A stretch of DNA of 64,000 nt from Thermoanaerobaculia bacterium (lineage in GTDB: Bacteria > Acidobacteriota > Thermoanaerobaculia > Gp7-AA8). The DNA is taken from NCBI GenBank assembly GCA_044866315.1, contig JBIOTX010000044.1, positions 10,596 to 74,595 of the forward strand, read 5' to 3'. Of this stretch, positions 28,868 through 38,700 are shown one piece after another. Positions within the stretch are counted from its first letter, which is position 1, and each line of letters opens with the position of its first letter. The position numbers and the translations under genes were made by a program. Below the pieces are notes generated by a model. That model worked only from the letters and a program-made list of their open reading frames with translations, had not been told where the DNA came from and made no database searches.

Positions 28868-29362
28868 TCAAAGGAGGACTGAGGTGCGGTCGCAGGCGTG
28901 AATCGCGAGCGAGGTGGCGTCGAAGACGTTGATGCGCGGATCCTCGCTATCGCCGGGCCTGCGAGGCGGCGGTAGGGCAGCGCGCAGCTCCTCGAACCTT
29001 GCCGCTATCGCGGCGGCCATCGCCTGCTTGTTCGCGACCCCGCGCGCCGCCCACGCGCTCCGCACCTCTTCGCGCGACACCGTGATGACCCGTATGTCGC
29101 GCTGGCGCGCGTGCTTTGCGATCGCGCGGAGGAGCGTCCTGACGCGCGGGCGCCGCTTGCATCCCTGGGTGTCCGGGTCTTCGATCACAAGAAGGTCCGC
29201 CGCGCAACCGTCGAGGAGCGTATCCACCGCGTGCATTTCGTCCTCGGACGATCTGAGGCGCTCGCCCCAATCAAGCGGCGTACCGTTTTCGAGGAACACG
29301 AAGGCGAGACCGCGCGTCGTGGGATCGATCGCCACTATCGAGCGACCGTCGGAAAGTCGCAT
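28868..29362 (-). CDS. RuvC/YqgF-like (RNase H fold) resolvase-like protein
   Basis: IVAIDPTTRGLAFVFL (first catalytic Asp), LLVIEDPD, DIRVITVSREEV give the acidic-residue spacing typical of RuvC-like resolvases. Confidence 0.45.
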   Translation of the reverse strand: MRLSDGRSIVAIDPTTRGLAFVFLENGTPLDWGERLRSSEDEMHAVDTLLDGCAADLLVIEDPDTQGCKRRPRVRTLLRAIAKHARQRDIRVITVSREEVRSAWAARGVANKQAMAAAIAARFEELRAALPPPRRPGDSEDPRINVFDATSLAIHACDRTSVLL

Positions 29363-29365
29363 CGG

Positions 29366-29692
29366 TTACGGGAGAAGTCGTTCCAACGACCTTTGGCGGT
29401 GCACGCTGCGAGCGCTCGGAACAGCCTTCGAGACAGTTTCCACCCGCCGCCTCGCCCGCCGGACAAGGTTTCGGCGTGCCGCCACGTATGCCGCTGGAAA
29501 AAGCTCCGCGACGGCTACACCGAGCATCGCCTCATAGGTGAGCGCGATCGTGAGTGGCGGCAGGTGCTTACCTCGTTCGTACCGTGAGACTTTTGTCTTC
29601 GCTCGTGCACCGAGAAGATATGCCACGTCCGCCTGAGACAACCCGGCGCGTCTGCGTTCTTGTCTCAAATATTGTGCAAGTCTCCGGGGCAT
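29366..29692 (-). CDS. XRE-family HTH transcriptional regulator
   Basis: LRQERRRAGLSQADVAYLLGARAKTKVSRYERGKHLP is a classic Cro/C1-type HTH. Confidence 0.65.
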   Translation of the reverse strand: MPRRLAQYLRQERRRAGLSQADVAYLLGARAKTKVSRYERGKHLPPLTIALTYEAMLGVAVAELFPAAYVAARRNLVRRARRRVETVSKAVPSARSVHRQRSLERLLP

Positions 29693-29952
29693 GTGTGCGA
29701 AGAGCGTAAACGCTCGTCCTGCGGCCGCCTAGGCGGCAAAAGGGAACACTAGTGTCCACCTTTCTTCCGGAACCCTTACGGAACGGGCGCGGCGGACAGC
29801 CGCAACGACACCAGAACCTTGCCAGGTGCACTACTTTATTGTGTGCTCATGTGTCAGGACGGCCGCTATCTTGCCACGCGACACCTCAAGAAATCCTCAA
29901 GGAAAAATCAAGAGGAGATGAACCGCCCGCTCTCAAGTGGCTGGCCATCGTC

Positions 29953-31215
29953 TTACCCGAGAGCTTCGGTGCTGGAACACTGCCTCTCGGATGACATGTT
30001 CGTCGCCCGCTTACCCGCGATTCGCACTGTCCCACCCGCAGTCTCGCCGTCAGTGAGCAGGATGGTTTGCCCAGTGAACGCCTCGACTGACTGCCCATGC
30101 ACAAGCAGACGTATCCAGAACATGCGGTTCGGTAGGAGCGTCAATTCGTACGGCTCGAGATCGGGCAAGAGTTCTTTCGCGAGCCTCGCCGCATCCAATG
30201 CACCGACCCGGAAGACAAGGAGCGTGCCTACGTTCCCGAGGATCGCGCTACGGAGCTCCGCATCAATCTGATCCAGGAATTGATTCGCGAGCACGAATCC
30301 CAGCCCGTACTTTCGGAGTTCCGCGAGCATGTTCACCAAGGCGAGTGTGGTGAAGGTCTGGAATTCATCGAGGTACAGGTAGAAGTTGCGGCGTTCCGCC
30401 GTAGCCACGTCAGCTCGGGCGAGGCCGGCGAGGCCGAGCATCGTAACGAGCAGACCGCCGAAGAGCATCGCAGGCGCCTCGCCGATCTTGCCCTTGGCGA
30501 GGTTCACGATGAGGACCTTGCCGCTGTCCATCACCTCCCGCGGATGGAAGGTGCTTTTCTTGATCGTGAGGATGCGGGAGACGAAGGGGTCGACGAGGAG
30601 GCTGCCGAGCTTGTTCTCGATCGGGGTCACTGCTTCGGAGCGGTGGCGGCCGTACTTCTCGAACTCCGTCGTCCAGAAATACTTCACCTGCTCATTGGTG
30701 ACCCGCTCGGCCGCTTCCCTGCGAAACTCCTTCTCGTGGAAGAGCCGGACGACGTCCGCGAGGGTGGCTTCCGGTTGTTCCAGGAGCAGGAGGAGCGCGC
30801 TCCGCAGGATGTACTCGAGCCTCACGCCCCAGGCGTCATCGAAGAGCTTCTTCAAGGCCTCCACGATGCCGTTTGCGGCGAGCGACCTGCGAAGACGCGG
30901 CACGCCCTCGAGCGGGTTGAAGCCGAAGGGCTGCTCCGGATCGGGAACGTCGAGGTAGATGAGATCGCGCTTCCTCGATTCCGGTATCCAGGCGTAAAGA
31001 CGCTCGGCGAGGTCGCCATGCGGGTCGAAAAGCGCGAGGCCGTTCCCTGCCAGCACATCCTGCCGCACCATGCCTTCGAGAAGCGAGGACTTCCCCGTCC
31101 CGGTCTTGCCGATCACGTACATGTGTGCCCGCCGGTCTCCCGCATGGAGGCCGAACGGCTTATCGAGATCTCGCCACTTCGTCCGGCCGACATAGATGAG
31201 CGGTTCTCCGCTCAT
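29953..31215 (-). CDS. FtsK/HerA/TraD(VirD4)-superfamily P-loop ATPase (conjugative coupling-protein-like, no TM)
   Basis: Walker A MYVIGKTGTGKSSLL; Walker B YLYLDEFQ; 4-nt overlap with the upstream gene. Confidence 0.55.
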   Translation of the reverse strand: MSGEPLIYVGRTKWRDLDKPFGLHAGDRRAHMYVIGKTGTGKSSLLEGMVRQDVLAGNGLALFDPHGDLAERLYAWIPESRKRDLIYLDVPDPEQPFGFNPLEGVPRLRRSLAANGIVEALKKLFDDAWGVRLEYILRSALLLLLEQPEATLADVVRLFHEKEFRREAAERVTNEQVKYFWTTEFEKYGRHRSEAVTPIENKLGSLLVDPFVSRILTIKKSTFHPREVMDSGKVLIVNLAKGKIGEAPAMLFGGLLVTMLGLAGLARADVATAERRNFYLYLDEFQTFTTLALVNMLAELRKYGLGFVLANQFLDQIDAELRSAILGNVGTLLVFRVGALDAARLAKELLPDLEPYELTLLPNRMFWIRLLVHGQSVEAFTGQTILLTDGETAGGTVRIAGKRATNMSSERQCSSTEALG

Positions 31216-32585
31216 GCCGCGGCATCGGAGGTTTCGTTCTCGACCGGGATCTCGGCGCTTGCGACCGGCTCAACACCGTAGCGTAAGTAGAGCGTCGCGA
31301 GCCGCGCCACGTCTTCCGGCCCGAGCGTGAAGATGCCTGTTGATCGTGAGGGCTTGAGACCGAGCCTGCGCCTCACGAGCGACCCAATCCAGCGGGGTGT
31401 CACACGCCGTTCGTACTGATCCCCGTAACGCGCGAGGAAGAGCCGCGTGATGTCCTGGATCGCCAGGCGCGCGTCCGGGCCCTTGGCGACGAGGTCGCGA
31501 ATCACCTGGAGGACCTGCGCCTCGGCGGCCTCCGAGCGCTCCTCCACGAGGTCTTCGTTCAGCTTCGATATGAGCGCTATGACCTTCTCCCGCTCGGACG
31601 CATCGCTGATCACCGAGCAAAGAGGCCCGAAAATTTGTTGCAGCCTCGGCTCGAGATCGCGACCGCCCGCGCGGACTTCCGCCCGCGCGTCCTTGAAGTG
31701 CCTCAGGCGGTAGAGGAGGAGCTGGTTCCGGATCTCCCGGGCCTCCTCGTGGAAGCGCTCGTCGAGATTGAGCGGGATCCCGCTCTGTATTTGCCCGCCT
31801 CGCATGTCCTCCGTGACGCAGCGGCTCTCCAGCGCCCGATCCTGGAAGAAGCCGCGCGTCGCGACGATCTTCGGGCCGAAGACATGGTAGGCCCGCGGGT
31901 TGAACTCCTTCTTCGAGGAGACTTCCGTGCGCAGGACGGGGAAGCCCCTGGCGTTCCCGTTATTCAAGATTTTCACGATCTCGCTTTTCTCGTCCGAGTA
32001 TCGGAAGTCTCCCTCGTCGAGGATCAAGGTTCCGTGAAAGCTGTCCAAGAGCCGGAAGATCGGTGAGACGGTCGAGGCGGCGCTGGCGAATATCGGGAGG
32101 CGGCAAAGGGAACCCACGGTTAGCAAGAACCGTGTTTTACCGCTCCCGTATCCACCGCGAACTCGGACATAGGGGACTTCGTGGAAGGCGTCGTAGACCC
32201 AGGAGAAAAGCACGTAGTAGGTAGCGATCAATTCGAATTCTTCCGAGACCTCCACGTGCCTTCGCACGAAGTCCCGGACGCGGGAGACAAGCGCGGACTC
32301 GTCACCGTACTCGGCCGGCTCGGACGGAAAGAGCACCACGCCGTGCTTCACAAGATTGTTGGTCGGCGAGTACGGCACGAGCCGCTCGGCCGGCGAGACA
32401 GTGATGCTCTCCTCGTACCCCCAGGCGTCGGCTATACCGCAGACGAACTGCGTCTTGCGTTCGGCAGGCTCGTAGACCATGTCTACCAGCTCACCGGTTG
32501 GAAGGACAGCCGACGCGGTCGGTATGACGGTAGGCTTCTTCTCCTGCTCGTGCTTTGGAGCGTCAGGAGGTGCCATAGAGTTCAT
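31212..32585 (-). CDS. P-loop NTPase, primase-associated helicase-like (DUF3987/D5-like, tentative)
   Basis: Walker A VRGGYGSGKTRFLL, Walker B LILDEGDF. It lies immediately downstream of the primase gene, with an overlap. Confidence 0.5.
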   Translation of the reverse strand: MNSMAPPDAPKHEQEKKPTVIPTASAVLPTGELVDMVYEPAERKTQFVCGIADAWGYEESITVSPAERLVPYSPTNNLVKHGVVLFPSEPAEYGDESALVSRVRDFVRRHVEVSEEFELIATYYVLFSWVYDAFHEVPYVRVRGGYGSGKTRFLLTVGSLCRLPIFASAASTVSPIFRLLDSFHGTLILDEGDFRYSDEKSEIVKILNNGNARGFPVLRTEVSSKKEFNPRAYHVFGPKIVATRGFFQDRALESRCVTEDMRGGQIQSGIPLNLDERFHEEAREIRNQLLLYRLRHFKDARAEVRAGGRDLEPRLQQIFGPLCSVISDASEREKVIALISKLNEDLVEERSEAAEAQVLQVIRDLVAKGPDARLAIQDITRLFLARYGDQYERRVTPRWIGSLVRRRLGLKPSRSTGIFTLGPEDVARLATLYLRYGVEPVASAEIPVENETSDAAA

Positions 32586-33537
32586 GGGTGAACTGAAAGC
32601 GCTCCAAAGCTTCGAGTGCTTGACCCCAGGTCATCGACTCTTTGTCCATCAGGAACCTCACCACGTCACCCTCCGCGCCGCAAATGCTGCACTGGTAGGT
32701 ATCCGTCTTCGGAAAGACGATGAAGGACGGTGACGGATCGTTGTGGAACGGACAGTGTCCGACCAGGCTCGTGCCAGACGCCTGGAGATCGACGTAATTT
32801 GCTACGACATCATGGAGCCGGACGGCCCGCCTCGCCCGTTCGGCGCGGCGCCTCGCTGAATTGTGTAGCGACCGGAACGCACGGATTTTCGGCGGCTGGT
32901 TTGCACGTGTGCCGCCCGCCGCGCCTTCCGCAGCGGCGAGCAACACCTCGAAATCAATCCTCGTGCGTCCAAGTCCCACGAAAAAGTCCGTGACGCTGCC
33001 ATTCTCTCCCACCTCAGCCGGCAGCATGACGATGCGAGTGCGTGGAAAGAGGCTCTGGACCTTCTTGGCGGCTGCAGCTCCTGCGAGGTCCCGGTCGAAG
33101 CAGAGGTAGACTTGCTTTATTGGCGCGAAGTACGGCAGCCATTCTTCGAGGAATGTTGATGCGCCGCCAGTCGACGTCACGGCGGGAAAGCCGTTTGCCT
33201 CAAGCACGAGCCTGTCGAATTCCCCATCGCAGATCACGACTCGCTGCGGACTGCGCATGAGTGTTTCCCAGCCGTAGAGTTCTGTGCCGGAGCGGAAGTC
33301 CTCGAGCATCGCCGGACTGTCGCTTGTATCGTCAGGCACCTTGGCGTACTGGAACCCGAGCACCTCACGCTCGCGCCCGAAGATGGGAATGGTGATTCGC
33401 TGGCCGCTCCAGCCGAGTAGCTGTCGCTCGATCACGGTCGCCGGTATGCCTCGGTCTTTCAGATACGTCCGGATCTCGTCCGGGAGCGCGCGGTGGTACC
33501 GCTCGGCGATTTCTCGCCGGATGTTTGGATGAAGCAT
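32563..33537 (-). CDS. DnaG-like primase with permuted domain order: N-terminal Toprim, C-terminal CHC2 zinc finger
   Basis: Toprim segments VVICDGEFDRLVLEANGF...TSTGGAS and YLCFDRDLAG. The C-terminal stretch GHCPFHNDPSPSFIVFPKTDTYQCSICGAEGDVVRFL is a canonical CHC2 finger, which in DnaG is normally N-terminal. Confidence 0.7.
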   Translation of the reverse strand: MLHPNIRREIAERYHRALPDEIRTYLKDRGIPATVIERQLLGWSGQRITIPIFGREREVLGFQYAKVPDDTSDSPAMLEDFRSGTELYGWETLMRSPQRVVICDGEFDRLVLEANGFPAVTSTGGASTFLEEWLPYFAPIKQVYLCFDRDLAGAAAAKKVQSLFPRTRIVMLPAEVGENGSVTDFFVGLGRTRIDFEVLLAAAEGAAGGTRANQPPKIRAFRSLHNSARRRAERARRAVRLHDVVANYVDLQASGTSLVGHCPFHNDPSPSFIVFPKTDTYQCSICGAEGDVVRFLMDKESMTWGQALEALERFQFTHELYGTS

Positions 33538-33644
33538 GCCGCCACTCTACCGGACGCGCAGAAATGAAAAAGGCTACATAAGTGATCACAAGCAGCAACC
33601 TTTGCACTCTTCCCTCAGCTGGTGTGGCCGGTAACCTGCCATGG

Positions 33645-33890
33645 ATGGCTGAGTCATTCGACACTGACGTGCGTAAGACCATTGCCCGCTGCTTTCCGCA
33701 ACTGACGCAGGAGGAGCTTTCCACCGCGGTTGAGACGTTTCTCGGCTACATCGACATCGTCAACGACGTAGACGACGCGCTACAAGCCGATCCGAAGCGG
33801 TTCGCCGCATTGACAGCGAACGTCCACCGGGCTACGGTCGAAGCGGGCCAGGTCGAGCCCACAAACCAACAGTTTCCTCTCCATGCATAA
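33645..33890 (+). CDS. Small ORF (81 aa) overlapping the serine recombinase start; possible accessory or directionality factor
   Basis: MAESFDTDVRKTIARCFPQLTQEELSTAVETFLGYIDIV... has a non-repetitive composition and an 8-nt overlap with the recombinase gene. There is no motif support. Confidence 0.25.
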   Translation: MAESFDTDVRKTIARCFPQLTQEELSTAVETFLGYIDIVNDVDDALQADPKRFAALTANVHRATVEAGQVEPTNQQFPLHA

Positions 33891-35403
33891 GGTCTTCGCC
33901 TACGTGCGCGTCTCGACGACGCGTCAAGGCGAGAAGGGCGTCTCGCTTGCCGAGCAGGCCGACGGGATCCGCCGGTTTGCCGTCCGCCAGAATCTGGAAA
34001 TCGTCCGCTGGTTCGAGGAGCAGCAGACCGCAGCGAAGCGTGGGCGACCCATGTTTTCCGAGATGGTTCGGTTGCTTCGGCGCGGCTACGCGCACGGCGT
34101 TGTCATCCATAAAATCGACAGAAGCGCCCGGAATCTTCGCGATTGGGCCGATCTCGGGGAACTGATCGACGCCGGCGTGAAAGTCTATTTCGCAAACGAA
34201 AATCTCGATCTCGCGTCGAGGGGCGGTCGGCTGACGGCCGATATCCAAGCGGTCGTTGCCGCGGATTTCATCCGCAACAATCGCGAGGAGGTCAGGAAGG
34301 GTCTCACCGGTCGCTTGAAACAAGGGCTTTGGCCGTTTGCCGCGCCGCTCGGCTACCTCGACCGCGGCAAGGCCAAAGAAAAGACGATCGATCCGAAGAA
34401 CGCGCCGCTCGTGCGCGAAGCGTTCGAGCTGTTCGCCACCGGACACTACACGATCGAGACGCTCCTCGACGAGATGACTCACCGAGGCCTTCGTAACCGC
34501 AACGGCCGGCCGCTTTCCAAGGACGGCATGTGGATCATGCTCCGGAATTCCTTCTACATCGGCATCATGCGCATCCGTCGCACGGGCGAGCGTTTCCCTG
34601 GTGTGCATGCGCCACTTCTACCTGTCTCCGTTTTCGAACGCGTCCAGGCGGTACTCGACGGTCGCAGTTTCACGCATGTTGAGAAGCACCACTTTCTCTT
34701 CCGGCGGCTCTTTACCTGCGCCGCCTGCGGGCGCTCGCTTACCGGATCGCTGCAGAAGGGCCGCGTGTACTATCGCTGCCACACGAAGGCATGCGCTGGC
34801 GCGTCAGTTCGGGAGGATGTCATCGACCAGCGTGTCCGGGCGATCCTGCGGCGCATGACGTTCGCCCAGGAACTCCGTGCACTTCTCCACGTCGGCCTTC
34901 GTCACCGCAAGGAGGCTAGCCGCGAAGCCGTGCGAGCCCGTCGTCATTCTCTCGAAGCGGAACTCGCACGCGCCGAGGCCCGCCTTGCCAGGCTGACCGA
35001 CGCCTTCCTCGACGGCATAATCGATCGAGATCTCTTCGACTCTCGAAAGGCGGCTCTCCTGCTTGAGCGAGCCCAAGTCAACGAAAGAATCGAGGAACAC
35101 GCGTCCGATGGGAGTACTTTCAGGCAGAACGCCGAACAAAAGTTGCAACTCGCCGAGTCTGCGATTTTCCTATACGAAATCGCCTCTCCTGACGAAAAGC
35201 GCCGTTTGCTGAACAGAATCAGTTGCAACCGGGTGGCAGCCGGTAAGAACGTAGATATATCGCTGCTTCCGCCGTTCGCCGACATTGCCGATGTGCTCGA
35301 TTTTCGGAAATGTGCACATTACCAGGATGAGGTTGCAACCGCCGAGGCAATCCTGGCGGTCCTCCTCCCGCCTGACTCACCGCAACATCCACTACGTCCT
35401 TGA
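33883..35403 (+). CDS. Large serine recombinase (resolvase catalytic domain, recombinase domain and zinc ribbon)
   Basis: YVRVSTTRQ (catalytic Ser); recombinase domain; Zn ribbon CAACGRSL...YYRCHTKAC; C-terminal coiled coil. Confidence 0.85.
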   Translation: MHKVFAYVRVSTTRQGEKGVSLAEQADGIRRFAVRQNLEIVRWFEEQQTAAKRGRPMFSEMVRLLRRGYAHGVVIHKIDRSARNLRDWADLGELIDAGVKVYFANENLDLASRGGRLTADIQAVVAADFIRNNREEVRKGLTGRLKQGLWPFAAPLGYLDRGKAKEKTIDPKNAPLVREAFELFATGHYTIETLLDEMTHRGLRNRNGRPLSKDGMWIMLRNSFYIGIMRIRRTGERFPGVHAPLLPVSVFERVQAVLDGRSFTHVEKHHFLFRRLFTCAACGRSLTGSLQKGRVYYRCHTKACAGASVREDVIDQRVRAILRRMTFAQELRALLHVGLRHRKEASREAVRARRHSLEAELARAEARLARLTDAFLDGIIDRDLFDSRKAALLLERAQVNERIEEHASDGSTFRQNAEQKLQLAESAIFLYEIASPDEKRRLLNRISCNRVAAGKNVDISLLPPFADIADVLDFRKCAHYQDEVATAEAILAVLLPPDSPQHPLRP

Positions 35404-35730
35404 CGTCCGGTTCTGTCGTATCGGGTGGATAGCTTATGACACGGATCGAACTTTTTCCCCCGAGGAGCTGAAATCGTGGGGAAAGGACTGGCCGGAAAAA
35501 ACTTGTCCGCTGCCTTGATAATAGCGGATTCAGGCGAGGAATCCAGACTGCAGCCTAGCAGAGACACGGACGTTAAGATCCGCCGCCAGCGGGTCTTCTG
35601 CTTCCCGCAACGTCCACAACGTCACCAATGTCCGGTTTCACGCGACCTCAGCGCACGCGCTGGCCCTCTGCGCAGTTATCGGATACGCTTATATATCCAC
35701 TTCAGCAATGTTAGTGCGTAGGGGGAGGCG

Positions 35731-38700
35731 ATGATGAAGCGTCTCGCCGGTAGCCGGATGGTCGTTTTGCTGCTCGCTTGTCACGTCATCTGCGGCGAGC
35801 TGCAAGCCAGTGCGCTAGATGATGCATTTCGCGCTGAACAGCTGCTTCGACAGCTGCAACAGATCCATGGCTCGGGCGACCACTGCGGAGCAGCCTGTTC
35901 GTCGCAGCCGCTACAGGAGGCGCTCGCCCTGCGCCTCTCCGCGTGTCTCCGCTCACGGCGCAAGGTCTATCAAGAACGCGACGTCCGCTCGGCCGGTCTT
36001 CGTCCCTGCCTCATGTACGCTGGCGATTCGATCGTCGCGCCCGGGCAGGCGGTGGCGCTTCTCGGCAATGTCATCGAGCCGTTCTTCATCCTCGAGTCGA
36101 ATCGGGCCGCCGTGTCGTTTCTCGAGAGAGGACGCCGCGAGCTGATCGCCCGGGCGGCACACGACGCGGAGACGGTGGCCGAGGCGGTGGCAGTCGCGGC
36201 GGTGTTTCAGTCCGCGCCTACCGCGGTACTCGACCTCCTCGGCTTCTCCGCTCTTCGCGAACCGCTCGCCGCGGTCGGTGACGCAAAGACCCCTCTAGCA
36301 CAGCGGGTGGACGCGGCGGTGCGGATCGTGGCCGCGACTGAGGCCGTCATGGGGAAGCAGGTGACTTCGCCCGCGCTCGATCGCTGGCACCGGTTCCGGA
36401 AGGAGGGCCTCGCCATTGGGCGCTGTTCGCCTCAAGCCATTTGTGCCGTGTTCCGCCCCGAGGCGGGGAATCCGGGGGAGTCGACGGCGGTGTCGGCGTT
36501 CGCAGTCGGCCCGGCGGTGGAGCTCCCGCTCGGCCTCACAATCCGGAACACCCGCTTCGTCGACGACGCGAATGGCGGACATCTCGTGTTTCCGCCGTCT
36601 GGACTCGTGGCGAACGTCCGGGAAGACGCCGGACAACTGCGCCGGTCGCTCGCATTAATGGGTATTCCGCCTCTCCTCGCGGACCGCGCCACGTTCTCGG
36701 GCTTGGCTGCCGGCCCGCAGGCGCTGTCGATCGCTGTCCACCTCTTCGTGGCGGGCAGAACGGGCGCCGTTCACGGCGAGTTGCCTCTCCAATCGCTGAT
36801 CCGCTCAGCGAACGAGCGGGGCCTCTCGTCAGCCGGACAGGCTTTCGCCGAGCGCTTTCAGGCGCGCATCGCCGAGGCGCTCAACTCGGCCGGATTCCAG
36901 TGGACGCTCCGCGGCGTGCCGCTGAAGGCGACGTTCACCGCAAAAGCGATTGGGAACGGACGCATTCATCTCGCCGGACGATGGTCTGCCGGCGAGCTCG
37001 GCGAGGTCGAGTTCCCGGTCGACCTCGTCCCGGGAGTGGACGGAGCGCTGCAGGTGATGCCCGGCGACCACCTCGTTCCCCCTGCCGCGGTCGAGAAGTG
37101 GATCGCCTCCGTACGCCGGCCACTGGTGACCGCGCTTCAGGCGGCGGTGCCACCCGAGATGCGGCCGCGCCACTCCGGAATGCTCGTCATCCAGCGGGCG
37201 AAGGCTGTCGTAAACGCGCTGACCGTCGACTCCGTCACCTTCGACGAAGCCCTCGCTGTCTACACTGCACACATCTCGGTCGCGCTTCCGGCGCCCTACG
37301 GCGGGACCCTAACTGTTACCTTCGGGCCGTCGCAGCCACTGCCCGATGTCGGCGCACGTGTCCGCGACGCTCTCCAGCGCGCCCTCCTCGCGGAGCTGGC
37401 CGCCAGCGCGGTGGCGAGCGCGATTACCGCGCCCGCTGATCTTGCCGGCAGGAGCTTCGAATTCCTCGGCGGGAGGATCGAGATCCTCTCCGATCCTCCG
37501 CCCCGCTTCGAGGACGGTGCGTGGTCGGCATCAGTGCGAACAACATTCGGTGCGGTCAGCCGAACACTGCTGCGCCTGCGCATCGCTCCCTCTGCCATCG
37601 GCTCACCGGCTATCTCGCCCGCCGACCTCGACTTCGCCGCGGTCCAGGTGACGGGAGGCACGTTCATCGATCTAGTGGCCGACATTCTTGCAGCGCGAGG
37701 GCTGGCCCTGCAGAGCGCCAAATCGCTGATCTCCATCCGGGACGTGCGGCCGATACGCCGTGGGCTTGCCTTCCGGCTGGTGCTGCGGAACCTGCCGATA
37801 CTCCCGAACGGAATCGACCTGGGCGACTTCGAACTCGGTGAGCGCACCACGGCCAACATCGCCGAGCGCATCGGCGCACCGATCCAGAATGCGCTGCTGG
37901 GACTGGGTGAAATTGAGCAGGTGGGACCGGTCCGCAACATCGCTCTCGACACCCAGCGGACGAACCTGCTCCTCGCTTCCCGGTCCCGGCAGATCGTACT
38001 GAAGGCAGAGGTGATCTTCGATGCACCGATCAGCGGCACGCTGAAGGTGCGGATCACGATTCCCGAGAGCGGGCCGCTGGTGGTCGAGCCCGAGCAGCGC
38101 CTCGAGACGTGGCTCGCCGGCGTCCTGCCCGCCCTCGTGCCGGTGCTATCGGTCGATCACGTGCTCTCCGTCAAGCTCTCGCGAGTCTCGGAGACGTTCA
38201 TCGCGATGTCGCCGCTCCGCTTCGACGCCGACATCGACGTCACGCTCTTCGACTCCGTCCCTCTGCCGACGGCGCGCATCGTGATCTCCCCATCCGGCAT
38301 GGATTTCAGTCAGTTCAAGCCATCGATCGACTATCCGGCCGCCTTCATCGTGGCGCCCGCTGCTCCGCTCTCCCTATACGCGGTGAACAGCACCCTCGCC
38401 GTCGACCTGACGCGAGGCGCGCTTACAGTGAGCACTGAGCTGACGTGCGCAGCCACGCCGGCAGAGGCGAAGCTCGTTGCCCTCGCCGCGCACATTAAGG
38501 GCAGTCTCACGGTCGAGGTCCGCGAGGCGACCGCGAAATTGCGCGGAGACGTGAAGCTCGCGAGAAGCATGACCATCATGACGGTCACCGGAACGCTGGA
38601 CATTCCGCATGCCCACTTCGAGGGAACTCAGCAGACCGGCGATTTCCTTCGGTCGATCGCCGACGTCGGGAGCACAGTGGTCATTGACGCGCCGACGGCG

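Larger units (their letters stand above)
24298..35403. mobile_element. Integrative mobile element remnant (ICE/IME-like): tyrosine-recombinase remnant at the left, serine recombinase at the right, replication/transfer and accessory genes between
   Basis: Clustered genes: int fragment, RadC, RuvC-like, XRE, FtsK/TraD-like ATPase, P-loop NTPase, Toprim-CHC2 primase, large serine recombinase. No flanking direct repeats were identified by eye, so the boundaries are approximate. Confidence 0.5.

Noticed and set aside
33832-34608. 258-aa minus-strand ORF
   Set aside because: It is antisense to the N-terminal half of the serine recombinase, and the recombinase frame has the YVRVSTTRQ catalytic motif.
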